Below are positions 1 to 12,657 of a stretch of DNA of 64,000 bases, piece after piece. The DNA comes from Lama glama (Eukaryota): the NCBI GenBank assembly GCA_028534125.1, contig CM052816.1:20834001-20898000 (forward strand), read 5' to 3'. The translations under genes were made by a program, and so were the position numbers. Numbering within the stretch: position 1 is the stretch's first letter; every line of letters begins with the position of its first letter. The notes below the pieces were generated by a model that made no database searches, was not told the DNA's origin, and saw nothing but the letters and a program-made list of their open reading frames with translations.

Positions 1-12
1 CTATCAGAATTT

Positions 13-129
13 TTTTTTTGGAGGGGTAAATAAGTTTATTTATTTATTTTTAGTGTAGGTACTGGGGATTAAACCCAGGACCTTGTGCATGCTAAGCAGG
101 CACTCTACCACTTGAGCTATACCTCCCCC
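13..129 (-). mobile_element. Vic-1-type camelid SINE (tRNA-Ala-derived)
   Basis: Reverse complement of ggggg..gtatagctcaagtggtagagtgcctgcttagcatgcacaaggtcctgggtttaatccccagtacc plus A-rich tail; TSD tcagaattt at 4-12 and 130-138. Confidence 0.9.
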
Positions 130-139
130 TCAGAATTTC

Positions 140-875
140 TTAAATACTACTGTGCTAAAATAAAAAAGTCACAACCCTAAATGCTGCTGAAGATGCAGCA
201 AAAAAATGTATCACTCATATACTGCAGATGGGAATGTAAAATGGAAGACAGTTGAGCAGGTTTTTCAACTACTCTCTGACCAAATAATTACATTCCTGGG
301 CATTTATCCTACAGAAACGAAGATTTAGCTTCACATGAAAACCTGTATCCAAGTGTTCATAACAGCTTTATTCATAACAGCCCCAAACTGGAAACAACTG
401 AGATGTGAATCATTACACAAGCCATGGCACATCCACACCATGCAACACCACTCAGCAAAAAAGAAGAACAAACTACTGACACACGCAGCAGCCTTGAATG
501 AATCTCCAAAAATTATGCTGAGTAGTGAAAAGGCTTGTACCAAAAGGTCGCATTCTGAATATAGGATTCCATTTATATTACTTCCTGAAATGGCAAAATC
601 ATAGACAAGGATAGCAGATTAGTGGTTGTCGGAGATTTAGAAAGGGCACAAGGGTGGGAGGACACCGTGTCTGGCTATGAAATGACAACATGGAAGATTC
701 TTGTTGCAGTGGAAATGTTGTGTCGTGACTGTGTCAACGTCAAGATCCTGGCTGTGAGGCTGTACTCTGTGCAAGATATGGAGGAACCTGGATAAAGGGT
801 ACAGAAGACCTTTCTATATTATTTCTCACAACTATATGTGAATCTACAATTATCTCAAAGTTTTTTTTAAATTTA
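140..875 (+). mobile_element. ancient L1 3' end (L1MD-like)
   Basis: ORF2 C-terminal remnant (KTCIQVFITALFITAPNWKQ) and 3'UTR ending tgtgaatctacaattatctcaaag. Confidence 0.8.
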
Positions 876-2778
876 AAACCTCCAGGCCCAGACAGTGTCG
901 CCAGTGAATTCTATCAACATTTAAGGAAGGCATTACACCTGTTTTATAGATTCTTCCACAGAATAGAAAGAAAATGCTAAAATTCCCAACTCATTTTGTG
1001 ATGCCAGAATAACCTTTTATACCAAAACCCAACAAGATCAATCCAAGACAGAAAAAGTTAAAAGCCTATCTGACTTATGAAATAGATACCAAAATCCTAA
1101 AAAAAATATCAGCAACTGAATCCAACAACTTAGAAAAGGGATCATGAATTATGACCAAGTCTGATTAATCTGAGAAATGCAAAGTTGATTTAACATTAGG
1201 AAATAATAACTGATATAATTTACCACATTATCAGATTAAAGGAGGTAAAACACATGAGCATTTCAATAGATGTAAAAAAAAAAAGCACTGAAAAAAAATT
1301 CTAACTCCATTCACTTTCATAGTGTCCTCTTTGCAAAGTAAAATTAGAAGAAAACTTTATTATTAAGATGAAAATCTACAGCAACATTCTTCATGGTAAA
1401 ACATTGAAAGTGTTCCTGTTCAGATGGGGAACAAGGCAAAGATTTTACTTGCCATTTCAATTCAGCCCTGTACACTGTGGTCCCAACTAGATCAATAAGA
1501 TAAGAAAATCGAAACAAAAGGTACAAGGATTTGAAATAAATAAATAATATTATATGATTGTGTAGGTAGAAAATTAAAATAAATATACAGCATACATTAT
1601 TAAAAGGAATGAATAAAGTCACTGTAAACACTTAAAAATAATAAAGTATAAAAAATAAAATTAATGAGAGCTCTGTAAGGTTACTGGATAAAAGAATTAG
1701 TACGACAAAATCAATTCTATCTCTGTATGTTGGCACAAACAGTAAAAATAAAATTTACTCTTTTGAAAGATGCCATTTACAATAGCATTAAAAGTGTACC
1801 CAGGGATAAAATCAACAAAGATATCTTAAGATCTCTCTGAAGAGAACTCTACGTGAGAGATATTAACAACACTAAATAGAGAGGCATACCATGTTGGTGG
1901 ATGGGAAGATTTAATAATATACTGATGTTAATTTTCCCCAGGCTGATTTACAAAATAATTATCATCTCAATCATCATTTCAAGAGCTGATTTTGGCAAGC
2001 TAATTCTAAAATTTACAGACGTTGAAAGGCCACAAATAGCTAAGACACTTAAAGAAAATAAAGGGTTGAGGGGACTTACCCTATCAAATAACAAGACTTA
2101 GCATAAAAGTATAGTCATGAAGACTACGGAATTGAGCAAGAATAGACAAACAGGTTAACGGAAATGAACAGAAGAATTAGAAGTAGAAAAAAGTGAAAAT
2201 TCAATACATAGCAGAGGGTATACTGCAGATTGGTTGGGAAAAGATGAACTTTTTTCAGTAAATGTTGCTAAGGCAAAAGGGTATCCATAAAGGAGAAAAA
2301 AAATGGACCCTTATCTTACCCCATACACAAAAATCATCTCCAGGCACATTTTAAAAAGTAATACTTAATATACAAAAAAAAAAAAAAGTAACACTTAGTA
2401 GGAAAAAAAGAATGTTTATGACCTTGATGTAGGAATTAATTTCTTAAATAAGATACAAAACATTAAGCTTAACTATATTAAAATTATTAATAATAATTAA
2501 TAATTTATATTCTTTACACAAAATATAAAAGATAGGGTAACAAGTAGAAGGCATTTAGTACTCATATAACCAACAAAGAAGTAATAGCCAAAATATATAA
2601 AGTACTCTCATGGTCAATAATAAAAAGATTTACAGATCCAATCAAGAACTGGAAAAAAAAAGACTTGAAAAAGCACTTCAAAAAAGAGGAAATTCAGATA
2701 GCCAATAAAAACATAAAAAGATGCTCATTCACATTAGTAATCAAATAAACAAAATAAAATCAAGAAATGTCAATGTAT
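876..2778 (+). mobile_element. ancient degraded L1 ORF2 (L1M/L1ME)
   Basis: ccaggcccaga..gaattctatcaacatttaaggaag and other RT-region motifs with many frameshifts; continues at 4328-4486 and 5435-6140. Confidence 0.8.
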
Positions 2779-4327
2779 ACAAGAGGCTGGAGGAATATCC
2801 CTCCCAGACTTCAGACAATACTATAGAGCTACAATAATCAAAACACCATGGTATTGGTACAAAAACAGACATATGGACCAATGGAACAGAATAGAGAGCC
2901 CAGAAATGATCCCACAAAATTTAGTCAACTAATCTTCAACAAAGGAGGAAAGAACATACAATGGAATAAAAACAGCCTCTTCAGCAAATGGTGTTGGGAA
3001 AACTGGACAGCAGCACGTAAATCAGTGAAGCCAGAACACCCCTTTACACCATACACAAAAATAAACTCAAAATGGATCAAAGACTTAACCGTAAGACAAG
3101 ATACGATAAACCTCCTAGGAGAAAACACAGGCAAAACATTATCTCATATACATCTCAAAAATGCTCTCCTAGGGCAGTCTACCCAAGCAATAGAAATAAA
3201 AGAATAAACAAATGGGACCTAATTAAACTTACAAGCTTCTGCACAGCAAAGGAAACCATAAGCAAAACAACAACCCACGGAATGGGAGAAAACCTTTGCA
3301 AAAGATGAAACTGACAAAGGCTTGATCTCCAGAATATATAAGCAGCTCATACGACTTAACAAGAAAAAAACAAACAACCCAATCCAAAAATGGGCAGAAG
3401 ACCTAAACAAGCAACTCTCCAAGGAAGACATACAAATGATCAAAAAGCACATGAAAAAATGTTCAATATCACTAATTATCAGAGAAATGCAAATCAAAAC
3501 TACAATGAGGTATCACCTCACACCAGTCAGAATGGCCATCATTCAAAAGTCCACAAGTGACAAAGGCTGGAGAGGATGTGGGAAAAAAAGGAACCCTCCT
3601 ACACTGCTAGTAGGAATGCAGTTTGGTGGAGCCACTGTGGAAAACAGTATGGAGATTCCTCAAAAGACTAGGAATAGACTTACCATATGACCAGGAATCC
3701 CACTCCTGGGCATATATCCAGAAGGAACCCTACTTCAAAAAGACACCTGCACCTCAATGTTCATAGCAGCACTATTTACAATAGCCATGACATGGAAGCA
3801 GCCTAAATGTCCATCAACAGATGACTGGATAAAGATGATGTGGTATATTTATACAATGGAATACTATTCAGCCATAAAAATGACAACATAACACCATTTG
3901 CAGCAACATGGATGAACCTGGAGAATGTCATTCTAAGTGAAATAAGCCAGAAAGAGAAAGAAAAATACCATATGAGATCACTCATATGTAGAGGAAGGAA
4001 GGAAGGAAGGAAGGAAGAAAGAAAGAAAGATAAATACAAAACAGAAACTCATAAACATAGAATCTTGTGGTTGCCAGGGGGAGGGGTTGGGAAGGGACAG
4101 ACTGGGAGTTCAAAATTTGTAGATACTGACAGGCATATGTAGAATAGATAAACAAGATTATACTGTATAGCACAGGGAAATATATACAAGATCTTGTGTT
4201 AGCTCACAGTGAAAAAGAATGTGACAATGAATATACGTATGTTCACGTATAACTGGAAAATTGTGCACTACATTGAAATTGACACAACACTGTAAACTGA
4301 CTATAACTCAATAAAAAATTTTTTTAA
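2779..4327 (+). mobile_element. lineage-young 5'-truncated L1 (ORF2 3' part + 3'UTR)
   Basis: ORF2 peptides [11 protein letters not shown] and [18 protein letters not shown]; 17-bp TSD aagaaat(g/t)tcaatgtat at 2762-2778 and 4328-4344; internal (GGAA)n near 3990-4030. Confidence 0.93.
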
Positions 4328-4611
4328 AAGAAATTTCAATGTATTTGAGATACAAATACATCCCAATCTGATTGGCAAAAATTAAAATGACTAATATAAC
4401 AAATGATGGTGACTACTCAAACCAACAGGAAAACTCACCCATGGGTGGTATAGTGTACATTGGTACAACCACTTTGAAAAATATTTTCAAATTCAGACTT
4501 GTGACATATTTAAACAGAATTCAGAAAGAACTGCAAAGGCTTTACAAGTCTGATTTTAAAATCCGTCTCTTCAGTATAGGCGTACACCCCATATAAGGTG
4601 CAATGTTAACA

Positions 4612-4950
4612 TTAGTTCACTCAACAACTACATAATCAGTTCATATACTGTGTCAGACACTGCACTAAGGCTACGGATATAAAAATTAAAATTACACAAC
4701 ATCTCCAAGATCTGGTTGCAGCTGGCCTGACTAAAGAAAGGTAGCAGGAAGGAAGGGAAGGAAGAAGGTGGAGGGAGGGGAGCTGGCTCTGAGCAGAGAG
4801 AACTACATGTGCAACAGCCCAGAGGAGAGAACACACAGCACACCCAGGGCACAGAAGTAGATCAAGGGTGGCTGGAAAACAGAACTGGGAGAGTGAAAAT
4901 GAAAGGTAAGACTGGAGACATATATGGGATCAGTCTAGACTTGTGGGTTT
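4612..4950 (-). mobile_element. L2 3' fragment
   Basis: ttcactcaacaactacat..tactgtgtcagacactgcactaagg resembles the reverse complement of the L2 tail. Confidence 0.6.
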
Positions 4951-5320
4951 GTTTCTCAAATCTGAAAGATACAAGGACCTTTTCAGAGAAAATTAAATTT
5001 CCCAGATCTTGAGTGATGACTTTTTCTTTATTCTAGCATTAAGATCATAGTATAGATATAAAATTAGATATGAACTCATTATGTTCATAACTCTTATGGA
5101 GCTGCAAAACTAAAGCAACTTTAAAAACTAAATATAAAACAAAATTTTAAATAACATTAACATAACAGATTATGCTGTTTTGCATAAACTAGACCAATGA
5201 TGTATTCAATCCTGAAAATATGTAGTCTCTGGTCTAGTTCTACATTTTTAAACTACCTTGGCAATTTGACTCAATATTACTAGTGCAAAAAATGTTTATA
5301 AATATACCATACTAAATAGA

Positions 5321-5434
5321 GGTTTATTTATTTATTTATTCATTTATTTATTTGTATTGGAGGTACTGGGGATTGAACCCAGGACCTCATGCATGCTAAG
5401 CACGCACTCTACCACTGAGCTACATCCTCTCCCC
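5321..5434 (-). mobile_element. Vic-1-type SINE, 3' tail truncated
   Basis: ggaggtactggggattgaacccaggacctcatgcatgctaagcacgcactctaccactgagctac. Confidence 0.9.
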
Positions 5435-6140
5435 TGGCATTTTCTTAAAAGGTTGAAGATATTCATAATCTATGCCCCAGAAATTCTACTCCTACGTACA
5501 TACACAATAGAAACCCATGCCCATACACACCAGGATACATGCTCATTAATAGTCATTGCATGAGAGGAGGAGGGTACAGCTCAGTGGTTGAGCGCATGCT
5601 TAACATGCACAAGGTCCTGAGTTCAATCACTGGTACCTCCATTAAAATAAATAAACCTGATTCCCTCCCTCAATAAATAAATAAATAGTCATTGCAGCAT
5701 TTGTTGTAGCAGTAAATCCTGAAAACAACTCAAATGTCTTTCAGGAGGAGAATAAATAAACAAATTATGATATATTCATATAATAAAATACAGCAATGAA
5801 AACAAAGTATAGCCATTCACAATATTCTAAGTCTAACAAACATAATATTGAACAAAAGAGTATAATTCAAAAACAGTCAAAACTGAAACTAAACTGTACT
5901 TTCTCAGAGACACATATAAGTAACAAAACTATGAAGAGAGGCAAAAAATGAAGATTGTCCTCAAAGTCAAAATAACGAGAGAAGGGAAGAGACTGCAACT
6001 GAGAAGAGGCACAGAGGGGTGTTCTTGGGTGCTCACAGAGTGTTCTATTTCCTGGCCTAGTGGTGATTATAATTATTCATTAAATTGTTCGTTTATGTTA
6101 TATGTACTTTTCCATTCTATGTTATGTCTTACATTAAAAT
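5435..6140 (+). mobile_element. ancient L1ME-like 3' end (interrupted by a SINE)
   Basis: ctatgccccagaaattctactcct..aaacaactcaaatgtc..3'UTR motifs. Confidence 0.7.
5561..5683 (+). mobile_element. Vic-1-type SINE
   Basis: gagggtacagctcagtggttgagcgcatgcttaacatgcacaaggtcctgagttcaatc; perfect TSD aatagtcattgca at 5548-5560 and 5684-5696. Confidence 0.92.
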
Positions 6141-8151
6141 ATTTATCAAAAGATGTCTGTTCTTGGCAGTTTAGTGAACTATGTAACAAAAAAGAAAAAA
6201 TCCATTACCACCTGTAGTGCTGGGGAAATTTTAACAAATACTCCTAAACACATAGTTGAAGACAACAAAAACTACCAAAAAGAGAAAGATAAATCAGAAG
6301 AGAAAGTAAGACCAAACTGAGGCCTGGGTTTTGATACTAAAGTAGGGACAAAAATAAAATCTTGGACTCAAGTAAACTGAGGAACCATAAACTGAAACTC
6401 TTGAATAAATGTGAGATAGTCAAAGGATTGCATCTTCAAGCAAAGAGGTTTCTTGAGAGCAGTTTACCCACTGGTTCAAAGAAATGAGGAGAAACATGTG
6501 ACACTATATCTGGGTGAGAGAAAAATGCCTCCTCTAAGAATTCATAACCATGGACCCACTATATATATAGATAGATTTCAAGTTCAAATTCATACTATTC
6601 TTGTGGTTCAGGAGCTCCCAAAGTGAGAAATCAGGCATAAAAATTGGTATTGGGCCAGTGGTCCCACTGGGGCATCTAGCAGAAGTATATACAAAAGCGT
6701 ATCTTTTATTGAGGGACATGCCCTCAATCCAGACCAAACAGGATTCTCACAGATAAGTTATGCTTAATATGAGCTCAAAATTTTAAAATACTCAAGTATA
6801 CGAGTAAAAAAATCCACCATGAGCAAGAGTCAGCACAATTAAGAAACAGCAGTATAAAGCCCACAAGAATTTCAGATACTAAAATAGTTTGATAGAAACA
6901 TGTTTTAAGTGATAAAAAAATTTTAAAAGGAATTGAAAATCACAAGAGAAAAAAAATAGGCTGCAAAAAAGGAACAGGCAAAGATGAAAAGGGTCAAAGT
7001 GGAACTTCCATAAATGAAAGATATAGACATAGAAATGGAACGCCCAATATACACACTGGACAGCACATTAGAATTGTGAGTTAGAGGGGCACAACTGTTC
7101 CAAATGTGACAAAAGAGATGAAAGGATGGAAAATATAAACAGAGGTTAAAAAATATAGTAGACAAAATGAAACTATCAACACACATCTAATAGGAGGTCC
7201 AACTAAAGAACGGTGAGTTTGGACAAATGCAATATTCAGCAATGATGGGTGAGAAGGGATGAAATACATGTCAACAGGCTCTGAGAACAAGCGCTGAACT
7301 GGAAAAATAAAATAAATCCATTCTTGTAGTAAAACAGTAAGCAGATCACCAAAGAGAATCCTCTAAGTAACCGAAGAGAAAAGATAGTCTACCTATTAAA
7401 GAAGAGCAATCAAACTGACAGACTTCTCAACAGCAGTAAGAAAACAATGGGATAACATGCTCAAAGTGCTTAGAGAAAATGACAGCTAACCTAGAATTAA
7501 TGCCAGAAAAACTACTAACATAGGAATTTTCAGAAGACTGAAATTAAACTGAGAAGGAAAGAAATTCAAGACAAATAAGTATATACATCTAAACAGGTAA
7601 AGCAGAATTATCACCTTGAGGGAAATAAAATCAACGTGGAGTTAAAATGTTGGACAACAACTGTACATCAGATGGGAGGGAAGTAATCAAAGCTAAAGTA
7701 GTCTAAGTCCTTAGATTGTTCAGAAGGAAGAGGGATTTTTTTGACTTTGAAATTGAATATAAGATTTCCAAAACAACAGAAGGAGTAAAAAGGAATTGAT
7801 ATACTCAAAAAATAAACATCTGTATAAATTCAAAAGGAGGCAAAGGAGGAGGAAAAAACAAGTAGGAAAGAAATAGCGTGATAAATAGAAATGACAAAAT
7901 GAAATGCTGGAAATAAATCCCAACGGCAGTGATCACAATGGAAGAAACTTGCCAGTTAAACAGATTGTTAGATTATATTTGAGAAATACAGTTTTCCTCT
8001 ATGTTGTTTGTAAGAGAAACTTGGAAGATACAAGCATACATAAAGATAAAAATAATGGATTGGAAAGCTCATATGTCTATCAGTTGACGAATGGGTAAAC
8101 ACTGGTATACCCATAAAACGGAATGTTATTCAGCCATAAAAAGGAATGAAG

Positions 8152-8313
8152 GGGGCAGTGTATAGCTGAAGTGGTAGAGCTCGTGCTTAGCATGCACAAG
8201 GTCCCGGGTTCAATCCCCAGTACCTCCTCTAAAAATAAATAAACAAACCTAATTATCTCCCTCTCCCCTCCCCAAAAATAAAATTTAATAAATAAATTTT
8301 AAAAAACAAAAAA
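8152..8313 (+). mobile_element. Vic-1-type SINE
   Basis: tRNA-like head plus aaacctaattatctccc tail; outer TSD aaaaggaatgaag at 8139-8151 and 8459-8471. Confidence 0.92.
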
Positions 8314-8458
8314 GGGGGAGGGTATAAGTTCAATGGTAGAGTGCATGCTTAGCATGCACGAGGTCCTGGGTTCAATCCCAAGTATCTTCATTAAAGTAAG
8401 TAACTGAACCTAATTACCTCCCCCTCAAACAAAAATAAAAACAAACAAAACAAACAAT
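8314..8458 (+). mobile_element. Vic-1-type SINE in the A-tail of the preceding copy
   Basis: gggggagggtataagttcaatggtagagtgcatgcttagcatgcacgaggtcctgggttcaatccc..aacctaattacctccccc. Confidence 0.92.
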
Positions 8459-10444
8459 AAAAGGAATGAAGTACTGACACATGCTAAAACCTGGATGAAC
8501 CCTGAAAATATCATGCTAAGAAGTCAGACATAAAAGACCACATTATGATTCCCATATATGAAATGCCCAAAATAAGCAAACCATAGACAGAAAGTAGAGG
8601 TGTAGTTGTCATGGGCTAGGGGAGAGGAAAATGTAGAGGACAGTGTTTCTTTTGGGGCACATGAACATGTTCTGGAAATAGATAGTAGTAATGGTTGCAT
8701 AATTATGTGAATATACTATAAACCACTTAACTGTATACTTCAGAAGGATGGCTTTTATGATGTGTGAATTATATCTTTATTAAGAAATATGTAAATAAAA
8801 ATGTTAAACAATGGATTGGAAATACAAGCCAAATACAATTTTTTAAAAAACTGTTTTGGTTATATTAATATCTGACAATAGACTTTAAGGCAAACAGTAG
8901 GGTAGAGAGTTACTACATGATAAAAGTAGCTACTCACTAAGCAGATGAAATTTTAAAACCACAGCCTCAAAATACATAAAGAAAATCTGATAGTGTTACA
9001 AGGAGGAACTGAAAGTCTACCATCACGCCAGGAAATTTGAACACAGTTCTCTCAATAATTGTCTTGAGCAAATAAAAATTGAGAAGGATACAGAAGATAT
9101 GAACCAGACAACAAATAAGCTTGACTGATAGTTGGCTACAGAACCCTGCAATTAGGGAAAACACAATCTTTTCAAACCCATGTGAAACCTTATAAAAAAA
9201 AAAACTAGCCATGTACAAGGTACAATGCCACAAAAATTTTTTTCAGTACCACAGAATCAAAATCATAAAACATGTTCTCTGACCACAGTGCAGTAAAACA
9301 GAAATCAGTAATAGGAAAGAACCAAAGAATCCTTGTACATCTGGAGACTTAAATGTGTAATTGTAAATAATTCATAAGTCAAAGAAGAAATGATAATGGA
9401 CAGTAGAAACTATTACAAATTAAGTTATGAGAGATACATCTATAGATACTACTTGATATCTATTAAAGATGTATCTCAGAACTTGTATGATATACATACA
9501 ACAGCAGAGGGAAATAACGTGCATTAGAAAAAATCGCCTATATCAGAAAAGAATGAAAGGCTAAACATCAGAGATTTGAGCATTAAACTCAAGAAATAAC
9601 AAAAAGAAGAATGAAGTAAATCTAAAGAAAATCAAAGGCAAAAAAAATAGAATAAGAACATTTTTAAAATAGAAAACAAGTGATGAAAAGGATTGGTAAA
9701 ACCAAAATCTGGTTCTTTGCAAAAACCAACAAAATAGCAAATCCACAGCAAGACTGATCAGGAAAGAGTACAAGCAACATTAAGAATGAAAAAGAAGATA
9801 AAGTTATCACAATTTTAGCAGATTTTTTAAAAACATAACAGATTACTATGAACAATTTTATGCAGTCTCCATGAAAACTTAAATGAAATGGACCATTTCC
9901 TAGAAAAATGGTTTGCCAAAATGAATTCAGGCAGAAATGGAAAACCAGAATAAGCCTATAAAAGAAAGCAAATCAATAGGTAATCTTCTCACAAAAACAA
10001 AACCAAAAATACCAGGCCCAGACAGTTTAAGAGGCATTTCTATCTTACATAAAATGTTTCAGAAAATAGAAAAAAAAGAAAAGCTCCTCAATTCATTTTA
10101 TGATGCTAGTAAACTCTTAAAACAAATGCCAAACGAGAACAATAAAAGAAATGAAAATTATGGGCCAATCTCACTTATGAACAATAGACAGAAAAATTCC
10201 CAATAAAACTTCAGCAAATCAGATTTTTAGAGGACAATACCTCATGACCAAGAAGAGCATATCCCAGGAATACAAGTATTGATAAATTCTAATCTACTAG
10301 TATAACTCATTATATTAACACATTAAGGAAGAAAAATCTGTAACTGCCTCAAGAAATACAGAAAAAGCACTTGATAAAATTCAACACCCATTTATGATTT
10401 TAAAAAAAACTCAGCTAATTAGGAATAGAAGGGACTGCACTTGG

Positions 10445-11291
10445 GAAATAAATCAGTTTTGAGAATTATCTTTAGTAACACTTATCTCTAGTAATGCCCT
10501 TTGGGTACAATTACTGGCACTTGAAACTGAGTGGGCAGAGGAACCTCCCAGTGCCTGGCTGGCAGCATTCAATCATTGCTGATGACCAGGGACTGCTGCA
10601 TATGTCCCCTTCTTCCGTTTCTGAATAGAAATCCATGTAGGGCTCCATTCTGAATTTGCTGCACCACTGGGTCATTTGCTGGGGGAAGGGGAGAGCCAGA
10701 ACTTATGAGTTCACAGATCATCAGATGATGTGGAACTACATCAGGACCTAAAAGAGCTTGCACAGCTCCCAGAGATCTCCTGGTATTTGGTCTGGAGGGA
10801 GTAACTAGATGTGCCCTGGCATGTGTCCCCTGGGAAGAGGGTACCATGTTACAAGTGTGACCCAGATTGAAATACATCTTTGGTGAATGGAAGGACAGAC
10901 TAGCAAAAATAGCCTGGATATGCACAAACCTCATTTCTTCCTCCTCCTGGGCACACAGCTACACTACAGAATCCAGCCTCCATCTCAGTTACCTGTGATG
11001 ATATGACTGAGTCCTGGCCATTGAAAAGCAGGCATAAGTGGTGTGCACTACTTCCAGGCCTGACCCATAAAATCCTCCTGTGTGACTGTCTACGTTCCTT
11101 CCACTTCCATGGTGGTCTAGGAAGCCACGTTTTGGAAAAAACTTGGGACCCTGGTGTGATCATTTAAATAACTGTCCACCCACTAGAAAGACATGGTTTT
11201 AAAGTTAACTGAGCAAGAAATAAATTTTTTGTTACAGACACAGATTTGGAGGCCTATTGCAGCCTCCAAAGTTATTATCTTAACTAATAGA
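10445..11291 (+). mobile_element. ERVL-MaLR (MLT1J-like LTR with preceding internal sequence)
   Basis: Typical MLT1 3' end gagcaagaaataaatttt..gatttggagg..cttaactaataga. Confidence 0.7.
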
Positions 11292-11374
11292 GGTAATTAA
11301 AACTCACATCATGTTTAAGGTGATGTTAAACTCATTCTCTTTAGAGTCAGCAACAAATCAAGAATGTTCACTGC

Positions 11375-12235
11375 GTCATGGAGCTTCCTTAAAAAACTAA
11401 AATTAGAGCTACAATGTGATCCAGCAATCCCATCCCTCAGTATATATACAGAAAAGACAAAAACTCTAATTCAAAAAGATACATGTACCCCAATGTTCAT
11501 AGCAGCACTGCTTATAACAGCCAAGACATGGAAGGAACCTGTGTCCATCAACAGGTGAATGGTTTAAGAAGATGCAGTATACTTTAAACAAAAAGAATAT
11601 GAAAATGAATATAAGTAGGTATATGCATGACTGGGACACTATGCTGTACACCAGAAATTGATACATTGTAACTGACTATACTTCAATAAAAATAAAATAT
11701 ATATATATGTATACACACACATACACACACACAAAATCACAATGGAATATTACTTGGCCATAAACATTGAATATTGCCATCTGCAGCAACACGGGTGGAC
11801 CTAGAGATTATCATACAAAGTGAAGGCAGACAAAGACAAATACATCTTTGGTATGATATCATTTATATATGGAATCTAAAAAAAGATACAAATTGGCATC
11901 ACTTATATGTGGAAGCTAAAAAAAGATACAAATTTTATTTACAAACCAGAAATAGACTCACAGACATAAAAAACAAACTATGGTTACCAAAGGGAAAAAG
12001 AGGGGGAAGGATAAATTAGGAGTTTGGGATTAACAGATACATATTACTATATATAAAATAGATAAACAAGGACCTATTGTATAGCACAGGGAACTGTATT
12101 CAATTTCTTGTAATAATCTAAAATAGAAAAGAATCTGAAAAAGAATAGATATGTACATGTATAATGGAATCACTTTGCTGTACATCTGAAACACTGTATA
12201 TCAACTATACCTCAACAACAACAACAACTACAAAA
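11375..12235 (+). mobile_element. cetartiodactyl/camelid L1 3' end, with a younger L1 tail nested at ~11590-11698
   Basis: [22 protein letters not shown] peptide; 3'UTR gtatagcacagggaact..gaatcactttgctgtaca. Confidence 0.85.
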
Positions 12236-12657
12236 ACAGGGAGAAAACATATGCAATTCACTGGTTCTAAGATAATTAACCATATTAAGATAAGGTTAAA
12301 GCAAACCATAAAACTTCTAGAAGAAAACAGAAAATATCTATATGACTGAGAAAAAGTTTTCTTAAACAAGTAACTATAAATACAAACCATAAAGAAAAAG
12401 ATAAATACATTTGACTACATTTTATATTCAGGGAGATGTTTGTACTTGCTTGCTTCTCTATACACAAAAAAAATCAGAAAGGATGCATAAGAAATGAAAA
12501 ACAGTGCCAGGGGGCTGGACTGATGGGGAGTAAGAGTGAGAGAAAATCATTTCATTTATACTTACAGTATGGTTAGCCACATGACTATAGTACCTATTTT
12601 GAAAATAATTTATTTAATGTCTATATTTCAAAAGGTATCATAAGAAAAATGAAAAGA

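Larger units (their letters stand above)
8067..8809 (+). mobile_element. L1MB-like 3'-end insertion
   Basis: L1MB-type 3'UTR; TSD aatggattggaaa at 8054-8066 and 8810-8822. Confidence 0.8.
6700..10440 (+). mobile_element. ancient L1 body (ORF1 C-terminus, endonuclease and RT remnants), interrupted at 8067-8809
   Basis: ORF1-like gcaatcaaactgacagacttctcaacagca (~7400); ORF2-like peptides PGPDS..LLNSFYDAS..KENYGPISLMN-type (9937-10206). Confidence 0.75.

Noticed and set aside
8152..8228. tRNA-Ala(AGC)-like sequence (also at 13-129, 5321-5434, 5561-5683, 8314-8458, 19790-19908, 46127-46230)
   Set aside because: A-rich tails, TSDs on most copies and scattered stem mismatches identify these as SINE copies, not tRNA genes.
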